The translations under genes and the position numbers were made by a program. Below, piece after piece: positions 37,664 through 48,714 of a DNA stretch of 64,000 nt. The DNA lies in assembly GCF_016433145.1 (NCBI RefSeq), contig NC_058133.1, forward strand, positions 485,857,547-485,921,546, given 5' to 3'. This DNA comes from Gracilinanus agilis. Its lineage: Eukaryota. Each line of letters opens with the position of its first letter. Within the stretch, counting starts at the first letter, position 1. The notes under the pieces are model-generated. The model had not been told where the DNA came from, made no database searches, and worked only from the letters and a program-made list of their open reading frames with translations.

Positions 37664-38271
37664 GGCTGGAAATAAAAAAATTCCATACCTCATTTACTCT
37701 CCAATGATCAGAGAATATTCTCCTCCAACCCAACCTAACACTCCTTGTCAACACCAAAATGCCAAGTGTTCCAAAGCAACTTATCCACATGGGCCCACTG
37801 GCTTGTGCAGACCAGGAGTAATCTGTACCCTCTCCCTCTGTCTCTACCTTTCTTCAGAGAGCAACAGCTCTAGTTTGAGGGAATGATCCCAGCTGGTGGG
37901 AATGAAATGTGCCACAAGAAGTACAAAGTTCCAGGAAGAATAAAGTCCATTCGCCTGTCAAAGGCACCACCTCCTTCTGCCATAATAATCCATTCTAAGT
38001 GGATGATTGGCGGACTCAAGCTCAGTGAGACCTAGGATCTCAGAATCCTTTAGGGAAACATCACTAGAATGTAAATCATGGACGTTTTAACCAGCTGCAC
38101 TATAATGTAATAAGGTAATGCAGAGCTTACAGCAAGGGACCAATGTAGTCTCCAATAAGAGCCAAAGAGGAAGGACTTGCCAGTTTATTTCTAGGACTGT
38201 CCAGGAATCTGTAGGTATTCTGATGATAAGATGACTAATAACCAGTTCTTAATAGAGATGTGTCCCTAGAG

Positions 38272-38437
38272 CAGGGGTTGGCAACGTATGGCTCTTTCTG
38301 CAGGAGCCATAACGTCCATTTTTTTTTCAGGCGCTGTTACAGGAGCGCACTGTGAGCACTGTACGGCTCTCACAAAATTACATTTTAAAAAATGTGACGT
38401 TTACCGCTCTCATGGCCAAAAAGGTTGCCGACCCCTG
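38272..38437 (+). mobile_element. Non-autonomous hAT MITE, family B
   Basis: TIRs caggggttggcaac / gttgccgacccctg; perfect 8-bp TSD ccctagag. Confidence 0.9.
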
Positions 38438-38592
38438 CCCTAGAGTATAGAACACTCTATCAAATTACCCTAGCATGAGGTGAATATCCCCTAAAAAAGC
38501 ATATAAACCTTTTGTTCTCAACCTAGGCTCACCAAGCAACATGCTGATTTTGATATTTAGTCTCCTAAGAAGACCTACCCACCAAGAAGTAG

Positions 38593-38880
38593 TGTTAAGA
38601 TTAAAAATGATAAAGACTGAGATAATAAGAGAAATTAGTAGTTTAATTAAAGCCATGGCCATGTTGGTAAAATATATATATGACCGTGCCTGCCTAGCTT
38701 TTAGAATTACCACCAGAGCCCATCCTCTCCGCGCATCAGTCAGCTCCTCAGGAAGATCAAGAAGCATTCTTTTGGCCCTCCTCTGAATTTAAACTGCCCC
38801 CTGCGTGGGGACCTTTGACGTCCCCACGCCCTAAGACCCTTGGAATCATAGGTAATGTAGTCTCAAAGTCTCCCACATGT
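38593..38880. mobile_element. Probable solo ERV LTR
   Basis: Starts TG and ends CA; TATA-like aaaatatatata; internal perfect 10-bp hairpin at 38803-38829. Confidence 0.45.
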
Positions 38881-41329
38881 CCATAGGGAGTCTGCTAGAC
38901 ACTTCCCTGAATTTAAAACAAACAGTAGTGACCTATATAGATAAGCAGTATGGATTCTCCTGTTACAAATAAACAAATTGCCATTCTGAATTATTGGTTA
39001 CTATAGCCCAAGACATGTGTGCCAGATCCCTAACAATCTTTTAACATTAACACAAGGCTCAAAAAAAAAAAATTCCCTCCTGACACCTCCCAGAATTCTT
39101 GTACTTTCTTCAAGGCTCACCTCAGCTATTTCCCCATTGAATCTTCCTGATCCCTACCCTCACCACCCCAGGTATTAATATTCTTCACTACTTTCTTTTT
39201 CCTTATATCTATAGATGTTTCCCTCCAGTAAAATGTAAACTTTTTTTTTAAACTGGATCACCCATTTATCTCCCTCAGGCTGGAAATATAGTGGCCTTTC
39301 TAGGCCTGGCCCCAGTACTGATCAGCATAGAAACTCTCCATGGAAACTTCAAACCAAGCTGGAAACCTTAAGCAATCTCATGGGTCCCCCACCTCCACTC
39401 CATCCCCATTCATTGATGGACTCTGTATGGACATCCAATCAGATTTAGATCCACTGTGGCTCAGAAATCTGGAGTACAATGAAGTAATCAGACAAAGGGA
39501 TTACAGGCCTGCCCACCATGCTGGTTAGAAAATAAATTTCTGAAGGGCAAGGTCTGTGTTCTTGTTGTCCCTGCTCCTGAGCACTGGCACCAGCCTGGAC
39601 TTTTTTTATAACTAATTGTGATTTAACTGGTATAACAAACTCTTGTTGATGAAACTCTCCATTACCCAAAGCAGATCAGCAATTGCTCTGCAAGTCTGGA
39701 TCTGCCCCCCAACCCCACCCCAGGAAGCTTCCTGAAGGCAGGGCCAGTCTGTATTTTCTTTGGACAAATATAATCTCTTTGGCAAAATATCTGGCACATC
39801 CAAGTGTTATATTGAAACTCTGGGAGCTGAGAGTCTCACTGTTGACTGACAGGTGAAGACCGTTGGACATCAGAATGTTCCCAGAGGCCATGAGGACAGG
39901 GGAGAAAGCGGTTGGCCAGGGGGGTATAAATACCCTGGCAGCCCTGGCTTTTGGGTCCTTTCATTTCCCTTGGACCTGAGATCTGTAGACCCTGGTCTAT
40001 TGGGTTTTGAGACTTGCTTGGTTCAACCTTGCAAGAACTCTTGTCTAGTACCTCATTAACATTGCCGACCTGTATCCAGACCATGAATCCTCTTATTCTA
40101 CTGTCCCTAGATATTTAGGAATTCAAACCATCTTTAGTTAGCTAGGTCTCCCAGGGCCCGGGAGGGATCCGGGAAGTGGGCAGGAGAAGAAGATGAGGGT
40201 GGAAAAGGGTGGTTCCTGAAGGCTGTAAAGGCATAACATCTAGCAGGAAGAAGAAGCTGAAAGACATCAAACAACAGCTTGCTTGCTCTGGTTTGGCTGT
40301 GGCCAGGCTGAGCCAGAGGAGCTAATAACAAGCCAGAATCACTTACCTGCCTACAGCTCTGAGGGATTACTATTATCAAAATTAGTTTAGGGTTTCCCAA
40401 TTCCTCTTCCCATTTCCTAATACTCCTTCTTTGCTAATAGCTATTCAAGTACCTTCCTGGAGTGGTTGTTTCATCACTTCTCTAGGAAGGGAGCAACGCA
40501 GTCAGATAAACGTGTCCAAGGCTAATAGAGCCCAATATCCATCATTAATCAAACCCAGGTGGGACCTGAAGGGATACCATCTACTGACCTGAAGGATCCT
40601 GCCTGGGCACTGTTATAAAGGAGGGAGGTGTTACATCATCTAGCTAGGTGGCAAGACTCAGGTGATCTTGCTCTAGCCACATATCTGAACTACCACTGCT
40701 GTCACTCAATTAACAGAGGTAGTATTCAGTTTACCCTCTCTCTATCTCTATCTACCCCATTTGTTTATAACACAAGTCATTCAACCAATCAACCAGCTTT
40801 CAAAGCACTATGCTAGGAAGAGGGAACAAGATGACATATCTGAGTTCTTGCCTCACAGAGCTTACACTGTCAGGGAATTGGCAAAGTACACATGCCCAAT
40901 ATGGACAAATAAATACAAGGTGGTTTCTAGGGGAAATCACTAGTGGTGGAGGGAGGGAGGATCAGGAGAGTTTCCTGCAGGAAATGGCATGTTGAACTAA
41001 GCTTAAGAGAAGTTTGGGGATATTAGGTGAAATGGGTCAAACTGACAAAAAGCCAGACAACAATCCCTCCAAAGGGGCCCGGTCCTAGCCTCCCCCTGTC
41101 CCTCTCAGCAGGGGTCTTTCACAACCAGCTTTCCAGTCTTCTTACACATTACTCCTTCCTCAACTCTGTGATCCAGCCAGAGTACCCTTATCATTGTTCT
41201 CTACACAAGACAACCTGCCTCCCACCTCCACACCTTTGAACTGGCATTCCTTAGACCTAAAATGCACCCTGTCTTCACCTCTACCTCTTTAAATCCTGGT
41301 TTCCCTAAAGACTCAGTCTAAAAAGAGAG

Positions 41330-42830
41330 GAGGAGCAAAAATGACAAAGTAGCCCAAACATCAAACTCCCAAAAATGTGAGTAAAAGAAGCTCTGGCTCA
41401 ATAAAATTACAGTAAATAATGAAATGAAGTTAAAAGATGAAAAAAAGGAAAGAAAACATAAGGTTCTCATGGCAAAACAGACCCATAAAAGAGTGAGGAG
41501 AGATAAATGAAGAATCACTGTGCTACCTAAAAGCAATTACAAAAAAAAAGATTCTCAAAATCATATTTCAAGAAATCATAGGAAAAAACTACCTGGTTCT
41601 CCTACAAGCAAAGAGAAAAGTGTAAACAGAAAAGAATACATCTAAAAGACACTTTAACTAAAACTCACAGGAACACTAGAGCTAAAATCCAAAGTTTCTA
41701 TATCAGAGTTAAATACCACAAAGAAGATTTCAGTAACAAGGAGCCACAGTCTGGATCACATTTGACTTAACAACTAAAACTACACAGAAGAAGAGAACTG
41801 GGAATGTAATACCCAGAAAACGGAGAATATAGGTTTACAACTAATAACTTACAAACAAAACCAAGTATGATCCTTTGGAAGAAAAAAAATGAACTTTTAA
41901 TAAAACAAACTTCTGAGTATTCCTGATGACAAGACCAGAGCTCCGTAGAAACTCTGACATGCAAATCCAGGAGTCAAGAATGACGAAAAGGTAAATTCTG
42001 ATGAACAATCATAAGATACTAAAAAAGATAAAAACTATTTACATTCTAATATGGAAAGACAATACAGGTGATCCTGCTATACCCCATTATCATCACAGGT
42101 CCTACAAGGAGTTTGCTAGGGGAAGCTTTTTGGTAAGTTTAAAAGAAGAAAGGGAGAGAAAGAGAATACACTGGAGGAGAGAAAGAGGAAGATTAGGGGA
42201 AATAATCAAAACACACAAGCAGAAGACTACAAACAAAAAGGAATGGATGGTGGGGGGAGGGAGGAGGCAGCAATTGAATGGACTTCACTCTCATCTGAAC
42301 AGATCAAAGAAAGGAAGAAGAGAGGTTTCACTCAACAGAGAAAAAGAAAGAAAAGGGTATAAAGATGACAAGGAAGAGTGCATTAAGGGAAGGACCAGTC
42401 CTAAGCAAAACAAAGGATGTACAAAAAAAAGTATAACTCTTCCTAGGGTGGCAATGAATTGGAAAATGAAAGGCTGACCACCAGCTAGAATGGCTTTACA
42501 AGTTGTGGTCCATGAATGGAAGGCTATTATGCTTTAAGAAATGACTTGGGGGAAGGGAGGTTGGCCCAGTGATTAGAGTCCTAGGTCTGGAGACTGAAGG
42601 TCCTGGGTTCGAATGTGGCCTCAGACACTTCCTAGCTGTGTGACCCTGGGCAAGTCACTTAACTCCAAGTGCCTAGTCCTTTCTGCCTTGGAACAGAAAG
42701 AGAAAGAAAAAAATAAAAAGAGGATAGATGGATGGGATGGATGAAAGGGAAGGCTTCGGAGAAACTAGGGAAGACTCCTGTGGACTGGACAGGAAGAAAG
42801 CAGAAGCAGGCGAACAATTCATAACAAAGA
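41330..42830 (+). mobile_element. Fragmented LINE-1 (ORF1 end, inter-ORF spacer, 3' piece) with a SINE at ~42549-42700
   Basis: LMTRPELRRNSDMQIQESR resembles the marsupial L1 ORF1 C-terminus; L1 3' motifs at 42490-42830. Confidence 0.65.
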
Positions 42831-43336
42831 AACAGATCTGAAAGCCAGGGTAAGGCTCCCCACGACTCCAGAGGGCTCTTCGTACTCTTGGGACTGCCCG
42901 CTTCGTCCCCTGGAGACTTATTCTGAGGATTTGCTGGTCACCAGTTTTGACTTTCTAAGGACTTGGCTCAGCCGCACCTTCTGCACGAGGCCCACCCCCA
43001 TTCTGCATGCATATGTGTACACCGGTGCGGTCTCCCAAAAAGTACAGAATCCCTTCCGCCTCTGTGTCCCCAGCACTGGGCGCGGTGCACCTGGTAGGCG
43101 CTTGACAACCAACGGTTGACTGACTGATTGACTGACCGAGGGGGTGGGCCTAGCCAGACCAGGGTGAACTTCGGCCTTCCTCTGTCCGTGACTCGCTTTC
43201 TGGTCAGTCCGCGACCACGAACCGGGGGTTCATCAAAAACCTCCTGGGGAAACTGAGGCATCTCCCCGCACACTGGGAAGCCAATCGTAGCGGGAGCCCT
43301 GCAGCCTCTCCTTCCGAAGGCCAACCTGCCACCTAC

Positions 43337-43500
43337 CTGTTGCTGAGGCCCGCTGGTGCTAGGCGGGCGCGGGAGACAGCGGCTCCACTCTCCGGTGGGT
43401 AGCTGACTCCACCGCCCGGAGCAGCCCGCTCCCGCCGCTGCCACGGCTACAGCGCCTGTTTACTGCATACGTCATTTCCCCGCAACCCAAGCTCGTCGCC
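43337..43500 (-). other. IFT20: IFT20 non-coding first exon (5' end approximate)
   Basis: Donor ACAG|GTAGGT on the minus strand; the coding exon starts only 2 nt before its ATG, so an upstream exon is needed. Confidence 0.6.
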
Positions 43501-43779
43501 GGAAACGGTTCAACCTCCCTCTCCGCAGTGTCTGCTGGGAAGTTGAGTCCGAGACGCGATGGCAAGACCACGGAGTCAGCCCACACCTCCCCTAATCCTT
43601 TGCGCCGAAAGAGGGTATGGAAGTCTCTTTCCTTCTTTCCCCGGGATAAGACGGCCCCGGAGGAGGTGTGGGAACTAGGAAACACCCACAGGGCACGTGC
43701 CTTCGTTCTCTTTGCATGCTGGGGGTTGTAGTCCTGGGCCCTCCCCAGCAAGGCTAGGGAGCAGGGAGGGGAGGGAGCT

Positions 43780-43943
43780 GACTCGGGGTGGAGCCAGCAG
43801 AGGATATGAGCTCATGAGAGGAGCCAGGGGCGGGGGCCGGTCCAGGCCGGGCTGGGGTCGAGGTCGGAGCGATCTGCTTGGCTGAGATTGCAGAGCCTGG
43901 AGCCAGGGCCGAGTGAGCTCTAGGGGGCTATCCCGGGACAAAG
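43780..43943 (+). other. TNFAIP1: TNFAIP1 non-coding first exon (5' end approximate)
   Basis: Donor AAAG|GTAAGA at 43943/43944 in the CpG island. Confidence 0.65.
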
Positions 43944-44029
43944 GTAAGAAATGGGCTGCGCCCGCTCGGGAAGCTCCTACTCGGGAGGGAGGTTCAGCTT
44001 GGCCACCAGCCCACCCGCAGCGCCCGGGG

Positions 44030-44372
44030 CCCGGACGGAGGAAAGAAGAGAAGGGTTAGGAAGAGAACAGGAAAGAGAAGGGGAGAAGGAGAAGACGGAA
44101 AGAGAAGGATGGGAGGAAGAGGAGAAGGGATGGGGAAAAGGAAAGGGATGGAAGGAAAAGGAAGACAAGAAGGAATGAAAGGAGAAGGGATGGAGGAAGA
44201 ATAGAAAGAAGGAAGAAGTGAGACATTGAGAGGAGGACGGAAAGAAGGAAGAAAAGGAATGGGATGGAGAAAGAGGTCAGCGCAAAAGAAAAAGGAAGGC
44301 TGGAAAGGAGGCAAAATGGAACTTCTTTGAGGACTAGAAGTTGTTTTATTATTATTATTATTATTATTATTA
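44030..44372. repeat. GA-rich low-complexity tract followed by (TAT)n
   Basis: Direct reading. Confidence 0.9.
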
Positions 44373-45269
44373 ATTTTATATCCACCTGTGTGACACCACT
44401 AAAATGTTTATTGAATAGAAAGACTGGCTACCAGTAACTCTTTCCAATAAGGATTGACTTGTGAGCATCTTTAAAACCTTGGGATGGAGGGAAGGAGTCT
44501 TCTGGCTAAAGTGCCAGCAGCATCCCTGATGCTCTCTTCTAGCTTCTTCCTCCTCCCCGAATCCAAGACGGTAGCTGTCGGGAGGAGGGACACAACAGTG
44601 AAAATTCACTGTGAATTCCCCTCCCCCATGGCCTTTCTTTCTGAGGCCTTTTTTTCCCTTCCAACCTCTTCTCTAGTCACATCTATTTCCTTCTGCCCTT
44701 TGGGTTCCCTATTCAGTAAAGTTTCCACTTACCTTATTGGTTGAGGCGCAAACATAGAACCTTAAACCTCCCAAAGAAATGGCAGCAAAACAAAGTCCGG
44801 AAGGAAGAGCACTGAGGGTATCAATGGAAACTTCATTTTCCCTGGAGTCATTTTCAGGGCGTTCCCTTTGGGTGGAATTTAAGAGCCCATTGGTTAAAAG
44901 TAAAATGTACTCAGACCTCACATTATCCAGGATAGGCTCCTTGCTCAAAAGCAACTGCATTGTGAGGAAAGGACCATGCTTGGCTCCTGACTTGCTAATG
45001 GCTTCCGAAGTTGGAAAATCCCTTTGCTTTCTCATTCAGTTGTGTTTCTTGGTTTCTTTGGGAAGGAAAAGGAGAGATTTCAAAAACCTCCTAAAAGGGC
45101 TTACGTTGAAAAGGAAAAGGAAAGAATTCTTAGGTTAGCTGTCACAAAATTCAGAAAGCAAGGACTATATTCTCTCCTTGCTTTTCTAGTTAGGATGATC
45201 ACCCTGCTAAGTACAGAAAGATGCCTTCTCCAAATCCCGGTATGTCAGAGGCTAAGAGGCTACTTCTAG

Positions 45270-45760
45270 TCCAACCCATACTTAGTAATGACACCCTCTG
45301 CAACAGACCCAGCAAGTTGTTCTTCCCTTTTTTGAAGACTTCTGCTTTAAGTAGATCCCCCAACTACCTGAGACTGGCCACTTTTGATTCACTTTCATAA
45401 CTAAACCTATTTCTCTACAATTTCCACTCATTGTTCCTGCTTCTGCCTTCACGAATCTTACAGAATCACTCTAATCTTTTTCCTATCTGATAGATCTTCT
45501 GATATTTGTAGAAAGTTAGCATTCTTCCCCACTAACTTTTTTCTAGACCGAATACTCCAATTCTTTTAATCCTGGGAGCCTTGCATTATTCTAGGTCCTT
45601 TTTCCTAAAATGTGGTGCCCAAAATTGAACATAACCGTCCAGAAGTGTCTGACTCTATCAGGATTCTCATTTCCCTTTTCTTTGGTGCTAGACATCTGTT
45701 CCTACAGCCAAAGACCATATTTGATTTTTTTCTGACATTCTGTAGGTACACTCGGTTCGC
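45270..45760 (-). mobile_element. CR1/L3 fragment
   Basis: cctaaaatgtggtgcccaaaattgaac and related L3 motifs; more L3 pieces at ~46170-46370 and 46600-46800 flank the hAT MITE. Confidence 0.6.
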
Positions 45761-46373
45761 TGCAGTGCATTAACCCTACTCCAGCCACACCTGCCTAGCT
45801 GCTACTAGCTGTATGACCTTGAGCAGGTCACTTCTTCATTAGTCTTGTCCTCTTCCTCCTCTATAGAGTGAGTTGACCTAGGTGAACCTAAAGGCCACTT
45901 CCAGCTCTAATCCTCTTATGTTATTTAGTCATTTCAGTCATATCCTTGACTCTTCATGACCCCAATTTAGAGTTTTCTTGACAAAGATTCTGGAACAATT
46001 TTCCTTTTCCTTCCTCAGTCTATTTTACAGATGAGAAACTAAGGCATACAGGGTTAAGTGACTTGCCCAGGGTTATACAACTAGTGTCTGCGACCAGGTT
46101 TGAACACAGGAAGATGAGTCTTCCTGATTCCAAGCCCAGTGCTTTATCCTCTGAGCCACCTACTTGCCCTGATGCCTCTCCCATTTTCTTAACTTGTAAA
46201 ATCTATCTTATTTGGGTCCAAATGTAAGACTCTACCTTTATCACTATTCAGTTTCTCATTAGATATAGCCCAACATTCAAACCTACAAAGAACTTTGTAG
46301 ATTCTGCTGTCATTCAGAAATTTGATCCATACTTTTATTCTAGTCACCCATAAAAATGGTAAACAATATAGAC

Positions 46374-46592
46374 CAGTGATTTCAAACCTTTTAGAGCCCA
46401 AATGCCCAAACTGCAACCCTCACATGACATGTGAACTCCACCCCTTACCCCAGACAGGGGAGGGAGGAAGGAAGCACTCCCATTGGGTTGCTGGATAGAG
46501 GGGCGGATCATGTGAGAAATGTCCTCAAATATGGTGGAGAGGGGGAAGGTAATAGCCCTCTCCAGCACTCGTGCCATAAGTTCACCAACATG
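46374..46592 (+). mobile_element. hAT MITE family A
   Basis: 5' cagtgatttcaaacct, 3' aagttcaccaacatg; homologous to 3543-3728. Confidence 0.8.
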
Positions 46593-47255
46593 GCCATAGG
46601 CCAATCCCAGATCCCTGAGGCACCACTAAATGAAGGCCATATTGAACACTTCAAGTATAATCATTCAGTATCCAGCCTACATCCCTCTATCTTGTCCACA
46701 ACAGGTTGTCAGATAACTTTGCTAAAATCTCCAAGAACTCCATTCATTATAGAACACACTTTTTATTTCTGGGTCTTTTCCCAAAAGTCTGAAATTTCTT
46801 CCTTCTATTTAGCCTAATAGTTCTTTTTAGCCATAGTTCTAGCTCCAAAGTCAGTATTTAATGAGTACCTACAATGTGCCAACACTGTGTTAGACATAAT
46901 TCTTGTCCTAAGAGAGCTTACAGTCTCACTGGGAAGACAAGCTTGGTATTGGGGGAGGGGGAGGCAGGGAGGTGCAGTCTGTGTCTTTCTTCTGTATTCT
47001 GTGTTCTGTTCCAAGGATAGATAAACAATTAGGCACACCTCGCTGATCATTTCTTTGGACCAAACTTGTGTCCATAGGAGTAAAGAACTCCAAAAAAGGA
47101 AGTTTTCTCTGTTAAATCTATTGTCTTTGAGAGTTGCCTGGGATCCTTGAAATAGTAAAAAAACTGGCTCAGTCATGTAGGTCTTGAACCCAGGACTTTT
47201 TTACTTATAAGACAGCCCTCTAAGAACTTTACCCCACTACCTTGAAAAAAAAAAA

Positions 47256-47422
47256 TGGTAGGGAGGCACAGTGGATAGAGAGCCAGGCCTAAAGTCAGGA
47301 GGTCCTGGGTTCAAATGTGGTCTCAGACACTTCCTAGCTGTGTGACTCTGGGCAAGTCACTTAACCTCACTTGCCTAGCCCTTACTGCTCTTCTGTCCTA
47401 GATATTAAGAAGGTAAGGATTT
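47256..47422 (+). mobile_element. Marsupial SINE followed by (TTG)n
   Basis: SINE head, B-box and CORE. Confidence 0.8.
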
Positions 47423-47480
47423 GTTGTTGTTGTTGTTGTTGTTTTAAGTAGATGGGAAGAAAATCAAACAGGCTCTAATC

Positions 47481-47638
47481 CAGGGTTTAGCAAGGTATGG
47501 CTCTCGAGCCATATCTGGCTCCACCTCCTGACCCGCCAGTCTGGGCAGAGCCCCAGGATGTCCCCCAGGGGGCCCTTCAGCCTCCATCCTCCTCCTTCCT
47601 TCCGCAGCCGTTTATGGCTCTCACGGCCAAAAAGGTTG
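47481..47638 (+). mobile_element. hAT MITE family B with replaced interior
   Basis: Ends match 38272-38437; TSD ctctaatc at 47473-47480 and 47639-47646. Confidence 0.8.
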
Positions 47639-48714
47639 CTCTAATCCATAAGGGACTGACCCTATATACTTCCTCCAGGGCCCACTAGCATCTAGAACTA
47701 CATATCTCAATGAAACCTGTGTTTGGGGCTCATCTTAAGACTTTCCTGGAACATGAAGCATTCCTAAGGTCTTCTCCATCCACTCAGGAAATAGAAGAGT
47801 TGGGAAGCCCTGCCCTACTAGAAAGACAAGACAGCAAGGGGTCTTCCATTCATTTCTTTAGATAAGGGAAAGCTCTAATGATTTCAAGAATTCTGCACCC
47901 AGAAAAGAGAGAATCAAGAAACCAGCACCATGAGGTCAGGGCTCTCCAATTCTTCATGACCTCTTTCTTTCCAGGTTCTCCTACCTCTCTAACTGCTTCT
48001 TCTCAGTCTCCTTTTTATTAGATTCTTTCCAGGTCACTCCTGAGCATCCTCTAGGGCTCTGTTCTCACCCAATTCTCCCTTTTATTATTATATTTGGTAC
48101 TCTCTTCAGCTCTCATAGATTTGATTACGTTTATGCTGCTGATTCTCAGATTGACTTATCCAGCCCTACCCTCTCTGCTGACCTTCAGTCTGGCAGCTGA
48201 AGATACCGATACCTTCATCCTAGCTTATTTCAATCTTTTCTCCCAAGTCATGTTGCTAACTAAGTGGTGGCTCTCTGTTCCAGTTCCTTTCCACATATTT
48301 GTTATGGGTTGATTTTTCTTTCTTAATGTTGGGAGGGAGGGAAGGGATAGGATGCAGATCAGAAAATAAAATGAAATGAAAATTTTTAAATTACTCTTTT
48401 CACTTCCCTTGATTCACTCCCATTGAAAAATAGGACAACTTGGTGCTTTATTCCTGACAGAGCCTGGAGATTGGCCGAATTCTCAGTCTCACTAAGACTT
48501 TGATTGGTTGGCTAAGATTTAATTGGTTTACTGGAAATCTTCTATGTCCTAACTTCATAATATCTCCTGACTCCTATTCTTTCTTCCCTTCTGCCTTCAG
48601 TCCTGAGATTATGAGGCTCTGGCCTCCACCAATTGCTTACCTGTGACATCCTCCACCACAGTGGAACGCCCCAGGCCCACCTCCTGCCGTGTGGTCATCT
48701 ACCTGCAACGGGAG

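Larger units (their letters stand above)
43050..44050. promoter_or_regulatory. CpG island, bidirectional IFT20 / TNFAIP1 promoter
   Basis: CpG-dense; divergent splice donors at 43337 (-) and 43943 (+); CCGGAA ETS core near 43499; ACGTCA CRE half-site near 43469. Confidence 0.85.

Noticed and set aside
42001-42477. 158-aa Lys/Arg/Glu-rich ORF
   Set aside because: A-rich LINE-1 inter-ORF sequence.
43951-44385. Several 60-110 aa low-complexity ORFs
   Set aside because: Translations of a GA-rich tract and (TAT)n.
3514-46817. Recurring peptide IGLL(G/D)R in ORFs at 3514, 7311 and 46431
   Set aside because: Translation of three copies of the same hAT MITE.
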